A stretch of DNA of 64,000 nt from Histomonas meleagridis 2922-C6/04-290x (GCA_020184695.1 JAANOX010000064.1:124001-188000), one strand, 5' to 3'. Numbered from the stretch's first letter, positions 42,686-54,164 are shown. Made by a program: numbers and translations. The notes: generated by a model not told the origin, from the letters alone.

Positions 42686-44854
42686 TTACAAGAAAAAAGT
42701 ATTAGTTGGGGGTTCAATTTCGTCTGTATCTTCATTAGGTTTTTCATCTGTTGTATTAGGAATATTTTTCTGATGTCTATGGAAACGAATCAAAACTACT
42801 ACTAATGAAATGAGTAGAATTATTGCAACACTACCACAAATTAAACCAATTAATATTGGTTTTGATAAAGTTTTAGATTTATTGGAATAATCATTTGTAA
42901 CTAAGAAATAACCTGAATAATGAATTAAAGTTGGTAATAAAACAGTTTGATAATTATAATTAATAGAATTTGTAATTATAAATGTTAAAGTTGAATCATG
43001 TTCAGTTAATATTTTGGCGAATGAAATAAAGGAATTTAAAATCGTAAATGATACAGAAATTGTAATAGAATTGGTTGTAAAGTATGAGTGTGATATAGAT
43101 ACCCCATAATATGTGAATGTTTGTGATTGTATATTCATAGTGGGATATATATTGTCAATCGTAGAAGTTAATTCTTGAGTTTCTGATATTGTTTCTACAA
43201 ATGTATGTTCAATTGTTTCAGATTTTTCATGATCATTATCATCTACTCTATCATTAATAATTAAATTTTGTTTGTTTGGAATATCTTCTAATTTCACAGT
43301 TCCTCCATAAATAACATTAAGTTTCTTTTCACTTGTAATTTTCAAATTAGGCATTTTATATGATGAAAGAATAATTGTTAGATTTTTTGATGTTACTTTA
43401 ATTTCAATTTCTTTGAAATTATTTGATATTATTTTCGTTTCATTTACTTCAATTTCGTCATCTTTTATTTCGATTTGATTTACTATACAGTTTTGTATTG
43501 TTATTGATTTTCCACATAGAAAAGTTTGCATTATTTTTAATGAATTTGTATCTGTGATTACATTATTTGCATTAAGTATTTCAGGTGTATTATTTCCAAT
43601 GAAATTTAATCCTTTCATTTCTAAATCCCATAATGTAATATTTTCTTTCCCCTTAAATCCAATATATAAATTTTGAAGTTTGGTTGTTGAATGTTTGATT
43701 AAATCACTATAATTCGTTATTTGATCATTATTAATCCATAAAGGAGAACCATCTTCAGTTTTTATTTGATAATTTTTTTGTAATAAAACCCATGGATCAA
43801 TGGTTGGAGCTTTTGTTGTAACTTCAGTTGGATACTTTGATAAAAGAATATTAATATCGCTATCTTGAACCATTTTATAAAATTTATTGAGATTAGCTTC
43901 TGTTGAAAATTTATTATATTCTTTAGAACATGTTTTACTGTCATTTTCATAATATGATGAACATATATAGTTCGGGAAACAATCTACTGCCCAGAATTCA
44001 TAATCAATGTTTTGTGAAGAATTCCATTTCTTTGAAGTAATGGATACTTGACAATGTGATTCAAAAGAAATTTCTGATATATTTTCAATTTCTATAACTA
44101 TTAGTTTCTTTTCAAGATGAATAACTTTGGTTGAAAGTAATTTGTCATCACATTTCACAGAACCTGTAGTGCCTGATGGAAATTCAATCATAAATTTTGG
44201 TACAAGTGAAATTCGAGGATATATTAAGCGATAAGGAACTGGACCTGGTGGAGGATATGCAATGAAATCTTGTGAATTAGATAAATTATACCAACCAAGT
44301 ACTAATTGAGATGTGTAATTATCATAAACACCAAATGCACTTTCAGAAAGAGATGGGGCGAAAAGTTTCATACGATGTCTAACTTCCTTACTGAATTCAC
44401 CTTCATCTTGAACAAATGCATCTATAGCACGGTGGGATGGGGAAGATCCTTTGTTAATATTTGAATTCATAATAGCAGTCATAGCATCTTTATTACAACA
44501 CTTGGATTGAGGACATGATTTTAAATATGGAAACTCAGGATTTAAAGCTATAATCATACAACCTTTTTGCGCTGCTATTTGTTTTGATCCTCTATTGTAT
44601 GTAACTGATGACAATCCAACCAGATTTCGATAAAAGTTTGTACGCCTCTCTACGTCATCTACAGTTTCAGGATTCAATATCCCAAGATCGCAATTATCTG
44701 GATCAGAAGGAGCAATCCAACTCCATCCCGAATTTGCTATATATTGATTTTTCATCATTAAGCAAACTTCCTCTTTTGTTCTATTTTGTAACTTTAAAAG
44801 CTGTTCAGGAGTATATGGATAAGCAAGATTAAATAAAATTAATATTAAATACAT
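42686..44854 (-). CDS. Predicted type I surface protein with CAP/SCP-like domain
   Basis: Signal peptide; TNFYRNLVGL, HRAID and VRHRMKLF resemble a bacterial-type CAP domain; S/T-rich stalk; TM helix PILIGLICGSVAIILLISLVVVLI; short acidic tail. Confidence 0.6.
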   Translation of the reverse strand: MYLILILFNLAYPYTPEQLLKLQNRTKEEVCLMMKNQYIANSGWSWIAPSDPDNCDLGILNPETVDDVERRTNFYRNLVGLSSVTYNRGSKQIAAQKGCMIIALNPEFPYLKSCPQSKCCNKDAMTAIMNSNINKGSSPSHRAIDAFVQDEGEFSKEVRHRMKLFAPSLSESAFGVYDNYTSQLVLGWYNLSNSQDFIAYPPPGPVPYRLIYPRISLVPKFMIEFPSGTTGSVKCDDKLLSTKVIHLEKKLIVIEIENISEISFESHCQVSITSKKWNSSQNIDYEFWAVDCFPNYICSSYYENDSKTCSKEYNKFSTEANLNKFYKMVQDSDINILLSKYPTEVTTKAPTIDPWVLLQKNYQIKTEDGSPLWINNDQITNYSDLIKHSTTKLQNLYIGFKGKENITLWDLEMKGLNFIGNNTPEILNANNVITDTNSLKIMQTFLCGKSITIQNCIVNQIEIKDDEIEVNETKIISNNFKEIEIKVTSKNLTIILSSYKMPNLKITSEKKLNVIYGGTVKLEDIPNKQNLIINDRVDDNDHEKSETIEHTFVETISETQELTSTIDNIYPTMNIQSQTFTYYGVSISHSYFTTNSITISVSFTILNSFISFAKILTEHDSTLTFIITNSINYNYQTVLLPTLIHYSGYFLVTNDYSNKSKTLSKPILIGLICGSVAIILLISLVVVLIRFHRHQKNIPNTTDEKPNEDTDEIEPPTNTFFL

Positions 44855-45077
44855 TAATACTGAATTATTGATTTAAACTTTATAAATTGAGATCAAAGTA
44901 CCTTTTAAGAAGTACTCAAATTTGAATATTGGAAAACTCGGATTTATGTAGATAGACGCCAGTGTAATGAATTAATTGTACCAATCAAATGGTTTTTAGT
45001 TAATTTTCTGTTTCTGCCTCCAATTTTATGTCTCAAGAGCCAAATTTATCATTTTCAAAACAAATTAAATACATTTA

Positions 45078-46973
45078 TTAAATATCATCGTCAACTTCCA
45101 GATCGAGATTTGTTTCCAATCTTTCTACCTCATTTACTCTTGTGAGTTGCCGTGTCACTCCTTTGCTTTCACTCGCCAATTTATCAAATGTGTCCAAGTG
45201 TTTCCTGAGAGATTCAACAATAGCTTTCTTGACCGTATCGCGAAGCTCTGGCGTCATTTCCTGCGGACCGTGGTTAGCATTCGGGTCTTCTTTGTCCCGT
45301 CCTTTCCTTCGCGTGTATCGATGCTTGATTCGAGCTCGATGTCGTGGAGTATTAGATTCATCGTTTTCATTTGGTTTGTGTTCTTTAGGCGCCATGAACT
45401 CAGGAATCGTTTGGTTATATTCATTGGAACATGAATTAACGATTTCGGGGATTTCGTCAAGCATTGATGAGATTTGTACATATGCTAATGAATACGTTAA
45501 ATTGGTCTGTGGTGGCTCAGTTTGAGGCTCTCTTAAAATTTCATTTAGTTTTTGAAGTAATTCGCGCTTAGTTTCGCCATCATCGATTTTCATGATTAAT
45601 TCGGAGATCGATTCAACTTTCATATCCCAAAACCTGTTGAAACCTGTGATGCCAAGAATGTCAAAACAACGCTCTGTGAGATCAAATAAGCTTTCATAGA
45701 GACTTGGAGTATATTTAAGATTCCATTTGGAATTTGCTTCTTCAAATGCAGGTGCTCTATCATCAACAAGGACATCTCCATCTATTTGTTCTTCATTTGT
45801 TTTAGAATTTCCTTTAACAACTTTTTCAATTCTATCAAAAATACAAGATATTATTTCTTCGACACATCTATTCCTTTCACTTTCATGTAATGACTTATCA
45901 ATGGTTGCTCTAAATTCGGAAAGATTTGGAGCTGATACATCACATCTCCCATGAAGGGAGACCGTTAAAGGTAGATCGGTTTCGGCAGTTGGGGTGGTCC
46001 GCATTATCCACTTTTCTGTAAAACAACCGGCGATGTTAGATTTGAATGCGAACTCGAACCTTTTGGAATTGCCAGGAAGAATAGAGCCACTCCGCTGAAC
46101 AAAAGAGAACTCAGACGGAGAAGGGTCTTTTAGGCCTTTAGCAACAATAAAAGATTCAGAATCTCTCCAATTAAAATTATCAATATCTTCAACAGGTTTC
46201 CGAATTGGAACACGAGATGAACCTGAGCCAAGTAAAAGTGTTACGTCTTTTGCTTTTTCCCATTTGTAATAAACAGCAGTAGTTCCGGTGTTTTTAACAT
46301 CAACAAACATCGATTTTGCAATTCCGGGTTCTGTTGTGAAAAAAAGTCGATTTTTGTTAATTGATAGTCGTACAACGCTTTGTATTGACTCTTCGTTTTC
46401 TGTAGTTATCTCTTCTTCTGGAATTTCTTCATGTTCATCTTCTGGTGGATTTACATTTTCAAATTGTGATAAATCAATAGGTTGACCAACAACAATAAGA
46501 CCATTAAAATCCGGATTATGTGGCTTAATTTTGCCCAGAAATGATTTAAGCTGTTTGACACGCTTTTTGTAGTATTTCGATTTGAAAAAATCTGTCGGTC
46601 TTGAACCAGGAACATCTTCCATGATTGTAGGATCGCCTATAGCTTCATATGTGACTGGATGCGGTTTCTCTGGCTGTGCAAAAAGGTCACCAATTCGTGG
46701 AATTGGTTTCCATACACCAGAATCTTTCGTTGATAAAATATTAACAACTTGAGAAATTAAAGCTCTCTCTTCATTGACTCTTCTAAATTTTTCATCACTA
46801 AACATTGATAATGTTGATGGGTCTCTATTTGTTAATTCGGCTAATCTTTGAGCTTGCTCTTTCCAATGTTTTTGAACTTTTTCATGATACTTCATTGCCC
46901 TTTCTTCGCGCGTTGCTTCAAATGGTTTGTATTCTTGTAAACGTCGTTGGCGATTTGGATCTTTTGTTCTCAT
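45078..46973 (-). CDS. MYCBP-associated protein (MYCBPAP) family, flagellar-type
   Basis: VKNTGTTAVYYKW, GSILPG...FAFKSNIAGCFTEKW; N-terminal LAELTNRDPSTLSM. Confidence 0.78.
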   Translation of the reverse strand: MRTKDPNRQRRLQEYKPFEATREERAMKYHEKVQKHWKEQAQRLAELTNRDPSTLSMFSDEKFRRVNEERALISQVVNILSTKDSGVWKPIPRIGDLFAQPEKPHPVTYEAIGDPTIMEDVPGSRPTDFFKSKYYKKRVKQLKSFLGKIKPHNPDFNGLIVVGQPIDLSQFENVNPPEDEHEEIPEEEITTENEESIQSVVRLSINKNRLFFTTEPGIAKSMFVDVKNTGTTAVYYKWEKAKDVTLLLGSGSSRVPIRKPVEDIDNFNWRDSESFIVAKGLKDPSPSEFSFVQRSGSILPGNSKRFEFAFKSNIAGCFTEKWIMRTTPTAETDLPLTVSLHGRCDVSAPNLSEFRATIDKSLHESERNRCVEEIISCIFDRIEKVVKGNSKTNEEQIDGDVLVDDRAPAFEEANSKWNLKYTPSLYESLFDLTERCFDILGITGFNRFWDMKVESISELIMKIDDGETKRELLQKLNEILREPQTEPPQTNLTYSLAYVQISSMLDEIPEIVNSCSNEYNQTIPEFMAPKEHKPNENDESNTPRHRARIKHRYTRRKGRDKEDPNANHGPQEMTPELRDTVKKAIVESLRKHLDTFDKLASESKGVTRQLTRVNEVERLETNLDLEVDDDI

Positions 46974-47263
46974 AAAGTATCAATTAAAATAACGTAAAAA
47001 CGGTTTATAAGAACTAATAATGAAAAAGTCGATTTTTGAATGAAAAACGATAATATTATCGTTCAAAATCGTAATGAAGAAAACAAAAACGATTTCGTTC
47101 TTATCTGCATGTTTCTGCTTATTTATTTCCTTAAAATTAGATAAATTACTCGAATTATTTCCAAGCAAATGTTAACATTTAAGTAATTATTCATAATAAT
47201 TCATTATCAATTTCAATCAGATATCAAAAAATTTGATAACAAAAAAAGTCAAAAAGCGGTCGT

Positions 47264-47791
47264 TTAGAAGCCGCAAACTGTTGGACGCTTTGTGGAGAGG
47301 ATCTTCTTTTGTGAAGCGTGAGCTGGACGGATTTGTCTCTTAAGGATTGGGAACTTAACGCTAGGGTTAAGGAACATACGAAGGTTGTGATGAACAACAT
47401 CTTCATCTTTGATTTCGCTAACACGAATGATTGAGATGTTCTTAGCTTGAACGTTATGAGTTCCAGCCATTTCCTGGTAGAGGCGGAGAACAGCTCCTTC
47501 TGTTGTTGTGTCACGGAATTCCTTATAAATGTTGTTGATTGAATTTGTAGCACGATAAGTTAACCAAATTCCATAGTTCTTGACGCGTTCAGGTTCAGGT
47601 TCAATGACGTGCTTAACTGCAAGGATTTCACCATGTGCTTTCTTGAGACGAGCAATTCGACGAGCAACACCCCAGAATTTTGATTTAGCAATAACTTCGT
47701 CAGGAGCAAAAACTTGAACGCGGATAGCAGCTGGGTTTGGAACAGCTTCAGTTGGGAGAGGGCGAGCAATTACCTCGTAATTCTTGAGCAT
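47264..47791 (-). CDS. RPL18A: 60S ribosomal protein L18a (eL20)
   Basis: FAPDEVIAKSKFW, VKNYGIWLTY, YKEFRDTT..GAV..LYQEMAG. The ATG at 47791 (175 aa) follows the CCTTT motif; an alternative in-frame ATG is at 47812. Confidence 0.96.
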   Translation of the reverse strand: MLKNYEVIARPLPTEAVPNPAAIRVQVFAPDEVIAKSKFWGVARRIARLKKAHGEILAVKHVIEPEPERVKNYGIWLTYRATNSINNIYKEFRDTTTEGAVLRLYQEMAGTHNVQAKNISIIRVSEIKDEDVVHHNLRMFLNPSVKFPILKRQIRPAHASQKKILSTKRPTVCGF

Positions 47792-47810
47792 CTCCAAAAA
47801 AGGAAGGGCC
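47792..47810 (-). promoter_or_regulatory. CCTTT (M5-like) core promoter motif GGCCCTTCCTTTTTTGGAG
   Basis: Directly upstream of the RPL18A ATG; matches the motif before RPL37A. Confidence 0.55.
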
Positions 47811-47909
47811 ATACCGACATGTTAGTTGAAATAAAAACCACCACAGAGAGAACGTTTGCCTCTCTCAATTTTTTAAAGATATACGATCAAATTCTTTTTA
47901 ATTTGTTTA

Positions 47910-48689
47910 TTATGCTTCTTGAATTTCGTAATGTGCTATATAATCATTGAAATAACGAAAGAGTTGTGCCCACCAAGACATTTCGTCTGAGACACTCCAA
48001 TATTCAATATATTTTATGCCCGGACACATACTTTCGATTTCTTTTGGATCATATGTTCCCCACTTAAAACGTGCCGACGTTTTAGATACAGTATCATGCT
48101 TATCACTATGTGCAACAGCAAATGGTGTCATAAGCTCCACTACAAATGATGCGCCTGGGAATTTATTCTTGAGATATTCCAATATCTGAACATTTTCTTC
48201 ACGTGTGAAGTACATTACGGTCCCTTCACACAACAAGATCACTTTTCTTCCATTTGCTTTCACATCATCACACCATGATTGATCAAATATATTTTTTGGA
48301 ATCGCATGATGTCTTTCTGTGTCATTAATAAACTTACTTCTAAAATCTATGACTTCAGGTAAATCAAGATCATACCAGTCAAGTTGACCATTATCTAATC
48401 GAAAGAATCTGGTATCAAGTCCACAACCAAGATTCACAACAACGCAATTTGGATTTTCATTTATAAGCTTTTTTAGGCATCGATCAATTAGAATTGTTCT
48501 TGATTGACAGCCAGCCATAGACATTGCACCTTCGAACTTTGAGAAATCATAGTCAATTTGATTCTTAATCTCCAAAGCTAATGGATCTGTAAACCTTATT
48601 TCATTTTGAGGCTTTTCTTGCTCGAGTGCCCTCGCTAGAAGAGGTATAAGTAAGGTCTCAGGAACACCAGTTAATTCACACTTCGACAT
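47910..48689 (-). CDS. SAM-dependent methyltransferase, LCM/TcmP-like (bacterial type)
   Basis: VPETLLIPLLARA, VVNLGCGLDTRFFRL, WYDLDLPEVI, LCEG..MYF. Confidence 0.9.
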   Translation of the reverse strand: MSKCELTGVPETLLIPLLARALEQEKPQNEIRFTDPLALEIKNQIDYDFSKFEGAMSMAGCQSRTILIDRCLKKLINENPNCVVVNLGCGLDTRFFRLDNGQLDWYDLDLPEVIDFRSKFINDTERHHAIPKNIFDQSWCDDVKANGRKVILLCEGTVMYFTREENVQILEYLKNKFPGASFVVELMTPFAVAHSDKHDTVSKTSARFKWGTYDPKEIESMCPGIKYIEYWSVSDEMSWWAQLFRYFNDYIAHYEIQEA

Positions 48690-49198
48690 AAGTGAAATGA
48701 AGTAAGAATTCTGTTACATCAAAGTTGATTTGTGTACTTTACTCATATCACTTTCGATCGCTACTATGGTTCTATGTTACAAAATATACATGTATATTAA
48801 ATATAAAAGGATATTAGAAATATGGAAATTATTATACTTGCTAAAAGCACAGAAGAAGAAATAGAACTATATTTTTACGCAAAGCAAATCTCATAATTAA
48901 TTGTCATCAATCATTTAAAAAGATGTAATTAATAAAAATTTACATGATACAATTTGCTTCATATTAGAATTTTATAGAAACACTTTTAATATTTACAAAT
49001 TCTAAATATGAAAATATAAGCTGCTATCGATTACGAGGAATTTTTTAAATAAAAAAATAACTGTAAAACAATGTCTATTCTTTTAAACATAATAAAATCA
49101 GTTCATGCAAATTGATAAAATTAAATTCATCAAAAAAACATTCATTTCTAATGTGGTCTTTTATTTAACAATTAATATTGATTTTTATTATATTCTGG

Positions 49199-49900
49199 TT
49201 AAGATTGAGTTGCTGTTGGATGCATTTTTTCTCTGTTCTGCCAAAAGTTATCTTCTTTTGGTGGCAAAAAATTTGGGCAAAACAGCATCAAAGAAGTGGA
49301 ATCGAAAAAATCATTGCCCTTAAAATCGAGCTTGATTTCGTGTACAGACTTAGTAGCAAATAAGTCTTCTACACATGACGAATTTGGTTGCTTGAGCATT
49401 CTGACTTTTTCTTCATATGATTCAAAGGAATTTCCGACAATGATGAGATGTTGTAGCTGAGATTCATCCCAGTTAGCAAGGAGTAAGTTATGATATAGAA
49501 AACGAGGACAATGTGGCATGTAAAATGCAGTATTTGGAGAAAACTTTATAAATCCCTCTAAATCTTCCTCTTCACATTCAAACCCCATTCTCGTAAGTAT
49601 AGAACGACAACTTTCACATAAAACAGGATCAAAATATGTGATGTTCTGGATGTTGCATTTTGTAGAAAGTTTTAAAATAAATGAAGTTTGAAGCCTAGCA
49701 GCAGCGCTTTTACATGGATCTCCTATACCTAGGCAACGAATTGAATTTATTCCCTTTTTGTTGAATTCATCACATAATACATCAAATGCTGGAAATTGAT
49801 TTACTTCTATTTTGTTAATTTCATCCTCAAGATTTTCAGGTGGGATTGTTAAATAAACAATAGGTATTGGTTTTGATATTCTCTTTCTTCTCCTTGACAT
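49199..49900 (-). CDS. SRR1/Ber1-like domain protein
   Basis: IRCLGIG, LQ, FDPV, FYMPHCPRFLYHNLL.ANW, IIVGNSF; ATG at 49900. Confidence 0.85.
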   Translation of the reverse strand: MSRRRKRISKPIPIVYLTIPPENLEDEINKIEVNQFPAFDVLCDEFNKKGINSIRCLGIGDPCKSAAARLQTSFILKLSTKCNIQNITYFDPVLCESCRSILTRMGFECEEEDLEGFIKFSPNTAFYMPHCPRFLYHNLLLANWDESQLQHLIIVGNSFESYEEKVRMLKQPNSSCVEDLFATKSVHEIKLDFKGNDFFDSTSLMLFCPNFLPPKEDNFWQNREKMHPTATQS

Positions 49901-49968
49901 TCTTGACCAAAAGAACGTTAAAAAGAAACATCGAAACTTGCTTGAAAAAAGAAAATATAACATTATTT

Positions 49969-50385
49969 TTAGTTACGTTCACCACGAATTCTTTGTGCAA
50001 GTTGAACATCACGTTCCATAATAGTAACACGATTTGCATGAATTGCACAAAGATTTGTATCTTCAAAGAGACCTACAAGATAAGCTTCAGAAGCTTCTTG
50101 AAGAGCTGCAATTGCTGATGATTGGAAACGAAGATCACCACGGAATCCAGATGCGATTTCACGAACAAGACGTTGGAATGGAAGCTTCCTAATTAAAAGA
50201 TCTGTACTCTTTTGATATTTACGGATTTCACGAAGAGCAACTGTACCTGGTCTGAAACGATGTTGCTTCTTAGCACCCTGTGAATCAACAACAGGTGTTG
50301 ACTTACGAGCTGCCTTAGCACCGAGTGATTTACGTGGAGTCTTACCACCAGTAGATTTACGAGCAGTTTGCTTTGTACGAGCCAT
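49969..50385 (-). CDS. H3: Histone H3
   Basis: [15 protein letters not shown]...[35 protein letters not shown]; divergent tail. Confidence 0.99.
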   Translation of the reverse strand: MARTKQTARKSTGGKTPRKSLGAKAARKSTPVVDSQGAKKQHRFRPGTVALREIRKYQKSTDLLIRKLPFQRLVREIASGFRGDLRFQSSAIAALQEASEAYLVGLFEDTNLCAIHANRVTIMERDVQLAQRIRGERN

Positions 50386-50659
50386 GAATTTTATAAAAAT
50401 GAGTTAAAAGATTTTACCGCCAAATTGATTCAAAACGCGCGGGCTTTTTTAGATACAAAATGTCATTTTAGATCACATTAAATTCAAACTAATTTCAATT
50501 CGAAAAACGGTTTACATACAATAACTTTTTTGAATAATATTATTTACTAATAAGCACTCGTAATCATTTTAAAGTAATAACCATTGTCTACCAAGAGGTT
50601 GCTAATACCAAATATACTTTGAAATTCCACAGAATTAAAATTAAAATAATTTTTATATA

Positions 50660-51820
50660 TTATGGGTTTGTAAAATGATACATTTCATATAAGTCACTCC
50701 TTGCATGACAAAATGCTAATGCAGTATCGACAGATATTTTGAAAATTGGCGCTGGTTCATGGAATCTTGAGCCCATCACACTCACTAGTGCTCTCTGTGC
50801 CGGTGAATACACTGCAGATGTTGAGTGTTCTCTTGGCAACATAAAAAGACCAGAATTATTTACAATGCCATCACTTATCGATAATGTATTATTATCTGGT
50901 CTGACATGAAATGCAAACCACCAGTGACGTTTAACATCGAGGGCGAATATGTGCATAAACCTTTGGCTAGATTCGCCTCCAACGAGGAAAATATACTCAT
51001 CACCAGAAATTAGTGTGGCATGTGGTAAGTTTGCAGAAGGCTCTGTACCAGTGCATGGGAAAGGCTCAAAATGGCATGTAGTAGGATCAAATGTACTCAT
51101 TGGCGTTCCCGATGATCCGAAGATGAAGTACTTCCCTTGGTAAAAACAAAAGGCTGGAGCCGCTATACCAGTCTGAGAGGTCGAAGCTTTCTGCCAAACA
51201 CCTTCGGTGATGTCGATGCGATATAGACCATTGTGAATTCGACCATCGTAACCAGCCCAGAGAAAGAGATATCTGTCTGAGGCAAAAAGAGCTGGGTTTG
51301 TACGAGCTGCAGGAAGAGTTCCTGTAACTGGAATTTCATGAACTGAACCGTCATCTAAATTTATGTAATGAAGATCGGAAAAGAATTGACCATTGGCAGT
51401 GCCTCCAAAAATAACCATGTTTCGACCCATTAAACACGCAGAACAATATTGTCGTGGCTCATGAAGTTGTCTATTGATAATTCGCCATTTCATAGATCCG
51501 AGATTTAACGCCCAACAATCATTGAGGCAAACACTGTTTGGGTCTGAACCATATGCAATAACAATAGAATCTGTAACTGGATCATAAACATGACATTGGC
51601 CTATTCGAGGCGTAGGTGATATTCCGTTGGATAAATGCATTGACCATTTTCCATAATAAGCTGTGTTCATTAATTGTGTTGGTCTATCTTGAATCAAATC
51701 GGGTTTAAAACTGGATGAATAATTGGCTTCTGTACGTTGAGATGTGATAGGAGTATATTGAAGTGTATCAAACATTTTTGCGTAGGTTTGTTTATTTGCT
51801 TGACTTGTTTCGTTTCCCAT
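50660..51820 (-). CDS. Kelch-repeat protein
   Basis: Repeated kelch GG/W motifs (IFGG, LWAGYDG, LVGG); MGNETS possible myristoylation site. Confidence 0.85.
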   Translation of the reverse strand: MGNETSQANKQTYAKMFDTLQYTPITSQRTEANYSSSFKPDLIQDRPTQLMNTAYYGKWSMHLSNGISPTPRIGQCHVYDPVTDSIVIAYGSDPNSVCLNDCWALNLGSMKWRIINRQLHEPRQYCSACLMGRNMVIFGGTANGQFFSDLHYINLDDGSVHEIPVTGTLPAARTNPALFASDRYLFLWAGYDGRIHNGLYRIDITEGVWQKASTSQTGIAAPAFCFYQGKYFIFGSSGTPMSTFDPTTCHFEPFPCTGTEPSANLPHATLISGDEYIFLVGGESSQRFMHIFALDVKRHWWFAFHVRPDNNTLSISDGIVNNSGLFMLPREHSTSAVYSPAQRALVSVMGSRFHEPAPIFKISVDTALAFCHARSDLYEMYHFTNP

Positions 51821-52713
51821 CCTTGTTCAACTGAAGTATTTTGAGAAGATAGTCGGTCAGGTAAACCGACACCAGTAGCGGAAAAAGTCAATTTCTGAAG
51901 AAAGAGAACAAAGTTAACGCAAATTTGAGAAGAGCGATATCTATCGGGCGTTGTAAAATAACGGAACAACATAAAATGTTTTTGCTGAAAAAAAGTATTT
52001 GATTGGATTCTAGAAAACACAATGTTTTTGTTTTAATTAAGATACTGCTATTGTTTCTAATTTAGTTTCAAAAAACTAACATTTTCAGGAACAAGTATAT
52101 ATTATCAATACAACAACATTATCATTGATGCTTAAGACATGTAGAAAGCAGGCCCTTGGTATTAAAATGCTTTTTTATTATTAGATTAAGGAAATGCTCT
52201 TATAATACCAAACTCAAAATGCTTATCTTTGTGAACTGAGATGAGGCCCTCTTGAATGTGTTTGCTTTAACGAGTGTATAATCATGTATATTCAAAATAA
52301 ATTTTGAATGAAATAAAATTGGCTGTGTTTCTCATGATAACAGAACAAATTGAATAGGCAACTCCTTAGGAGTTTCTTTTGATGTAAGTAATAAGAATGT
52401 CAACTTTTAGTAATAATTCGTATTTTAAAATTTGAGAGCTCCTGAGTTTTAACCAGAAAAAACGAAAGACATCATGTAATGTCATGCTTCCAAAGTTTAT
52501 GTATATTCTTTACAGTGAGTGTTTCTAGATCCATCTCCTAATTGAATTTAAAAAACAGATTTAGGCATAAGAAATAAAACCAAAATGATAGCTAACACTT
52601 GGACTATAGAATCATTTTGTTATTTTTTGTGCATAACTCGAGTTATAAGGTTTTCGAGCTTTTGCCACAGCTCACATAAAACGGGGTACCCTGACGATGG
52701 AAAAATTTGTCTT

Positions 52714-53469
52714 TTATTCCTGAATAAGTGGTGGTGGAAGTCGTTCAACAATCTCTTGTCTCTGTTCAGCAGTGTAAATTTCGAACATTCCTGTTGAAGC
52801 TCTAGCACAAGCGACTTCAATGTTATTTTCACTTAATTTCTCCTGAATAACTTGTCTAAGAGTTGACAATGCGAGGTCTTCTGCTTCTTTAAGTGTGAGG
52901 CCATCATGGTATGATTCACGAAGGATGGCTTCAGCACCTTCGCTACCTCCACCAATGGCACGAGCTCGACATTTAGTATATGTACCACTTGGATCAGTGT
53001 GATAAAGATATGGCTTTCCATCTTCTACTCCAGAAACAAGGAGAGCTGTACCAAATGGACGTGACATTTGTCCTTCGCGTTTCTTTTTCCTTCCTTCACC
53101 AAATGAAAGTGCTAAATCGCAAACAGATTCAGTTACTGCATGGATACCAATTGGTTCACCGAATGAAAAGCGATGATTTTGAGCTGCAACACGCATGTGA
53201 TCAACCATTGTTCTACCATCTGCTGTAAGACCGGCCATAACAACGCCAATGTGATCATCAATAGCATAGACTTTTTCGACTGATGATGGGATTAAGAGTG
53301 GTGATGAAAGTCTCTTTTCAACAGCAAATACAACACCTTCTGGACAAAGAATTGCGATTGCTGATGAACCAAGTTTGACAGCTTCGTTTGCATACTCGAC
53401 TTGAAGAAGACGACCATCTGGGCTAAATGTATTTACATTGCGGTCATACTCAGATGAGCTTTGGAACAT
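52714..53469 (-). CDS. PSMA5: Proteasome subunit alpha type-5
   Basis: EYDRNVNTFSPDGRLLQVEYA; MSRPFGTALL; DPSGT; ARAIGGGSEGA. Confidence 0.96.
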   Translation of the reverse strand: MFQSSSEYDRNVNTFSPDGRLLQVEYANEAVKLGSSAIAILCPEGVVFAVEKRLSSPLLIPSSVEKVYAIDDHIGVVMAGLTADGRTMVDHMRVAAQNHRFSFGEPIGIHAVTESVCDLALSFGEGRKKKREGQMSRPFGTALLVSGVEDGKPYLYHTDPSGTYTKCRARAIGGGSEGAEAILRESYHDGLTLKEAEDLALSTLRQVIQEKLSENNIEVACARASTGMFEIYTAEQRQEIVERLPPPLIQE

Positions 53470-53666
53470 TTTTTAAGAATAAAAAACAGTCAATTTTTCA
53501 ATTAAGTTTGTTCGAACAACCAACTCAAAACGACCGTTAATTGACAAGAAGAAAAATTTCTTTTGGAATTTCCTTTAAAAAAATAAAATTCACATATGCT
53601 ACTCACGAAAATAGGTTAAACAAAAAAAATGTTGTGTGTGTGTTTAGGAATTCCTAGCTAATTAGC

Positions 53667-54164
53667 TTACTTGGAGAAGCTTGATATCCAAGCTGGGATG
53701 AAGCTTGCACAAACTTGTGAAAGGATCATCGATGCTGCTGGTTGGAAGTTTGAGAAGATGAGATGGGAACCTATGAGGAGAAGGAAGCAATAGAATGCAT
53801 TATTGTAGAAAAGTGTGAAGAAAACTCCTTCTGAAGCCTTGACTTGAACTTGTGCAGTCTTCTTGCTTTTCATTTGTACGCTTCTTTGTTTTGTAACCCA
53901 TTCAGCAACTTGAGCATAAGCAACTGTAAGTCCAACGACTCCAATAGCATAGGCAACAATAATGTAGACGATTTGTTCTTTGATATCAACTCCACCTACA
54001 GCGACATAGAGAATAACTCCAATTAAACTGAAAATTAATCCAAATGGAAGGAACTTAAGACTCTTTGAAAAGCCTCTTGGTTGACGCTTTGATCTAAGTT
54101 CATTGTATAATTCGTCTTGGTCTTCCGTATTTCGGTTTGCTCCGGGGCTTTGCTTTCTTGGCAT
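53667..54164 (-). CDS. Translocon-associated protein gamma (TRAP-gamma/SSR3)-like
   Basis: Four hydrophobic helices; LFYNNAF; LTVAYAQV..W; C-terminal SSFSK; ATG at 54164 (165 aa). Confidence 0.75.
   Translation of the reverse strand: MPRKQSPGANRNTEDQDELYNELRSKRQPRGFSKSLKFLPFGLIFSLIGVILYVAVGGVDIKEQIVYIIVAYAIGVVGLTVAYAQVAEWVTKQRSVQMKSKKTAQVQVKASEGVFFTLFYNNAFYCFLLLIGSHLIFSNFQPAASMILSQVCASFIPAWISSFSK

Noticed and set aside
47792-47814. Possible 23-nt GT..AG intron (GTATGG...GGAG) in RPL18A that would join an upstream ATG in frame
   Set aside because: No CTAA-type branch site, and the same sequence is better explained as the promoter motif shared with RPL37A. Only cDNA could settle it.
52074-52088. 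ACTAACATTTTCAG, resembling a trichomonad branch point/3' splice site
   Set aside because: Spacing is 2 nt longer than the consensus and no convincing flanking exons were found.
52100-52560. Intergenic patch with a small hairpin (AACTCC-TTA-GGAGTT) and a protein-like minus frame
   Set aside because: Stop density is about what random AT-rich DNA gives; no motif support.
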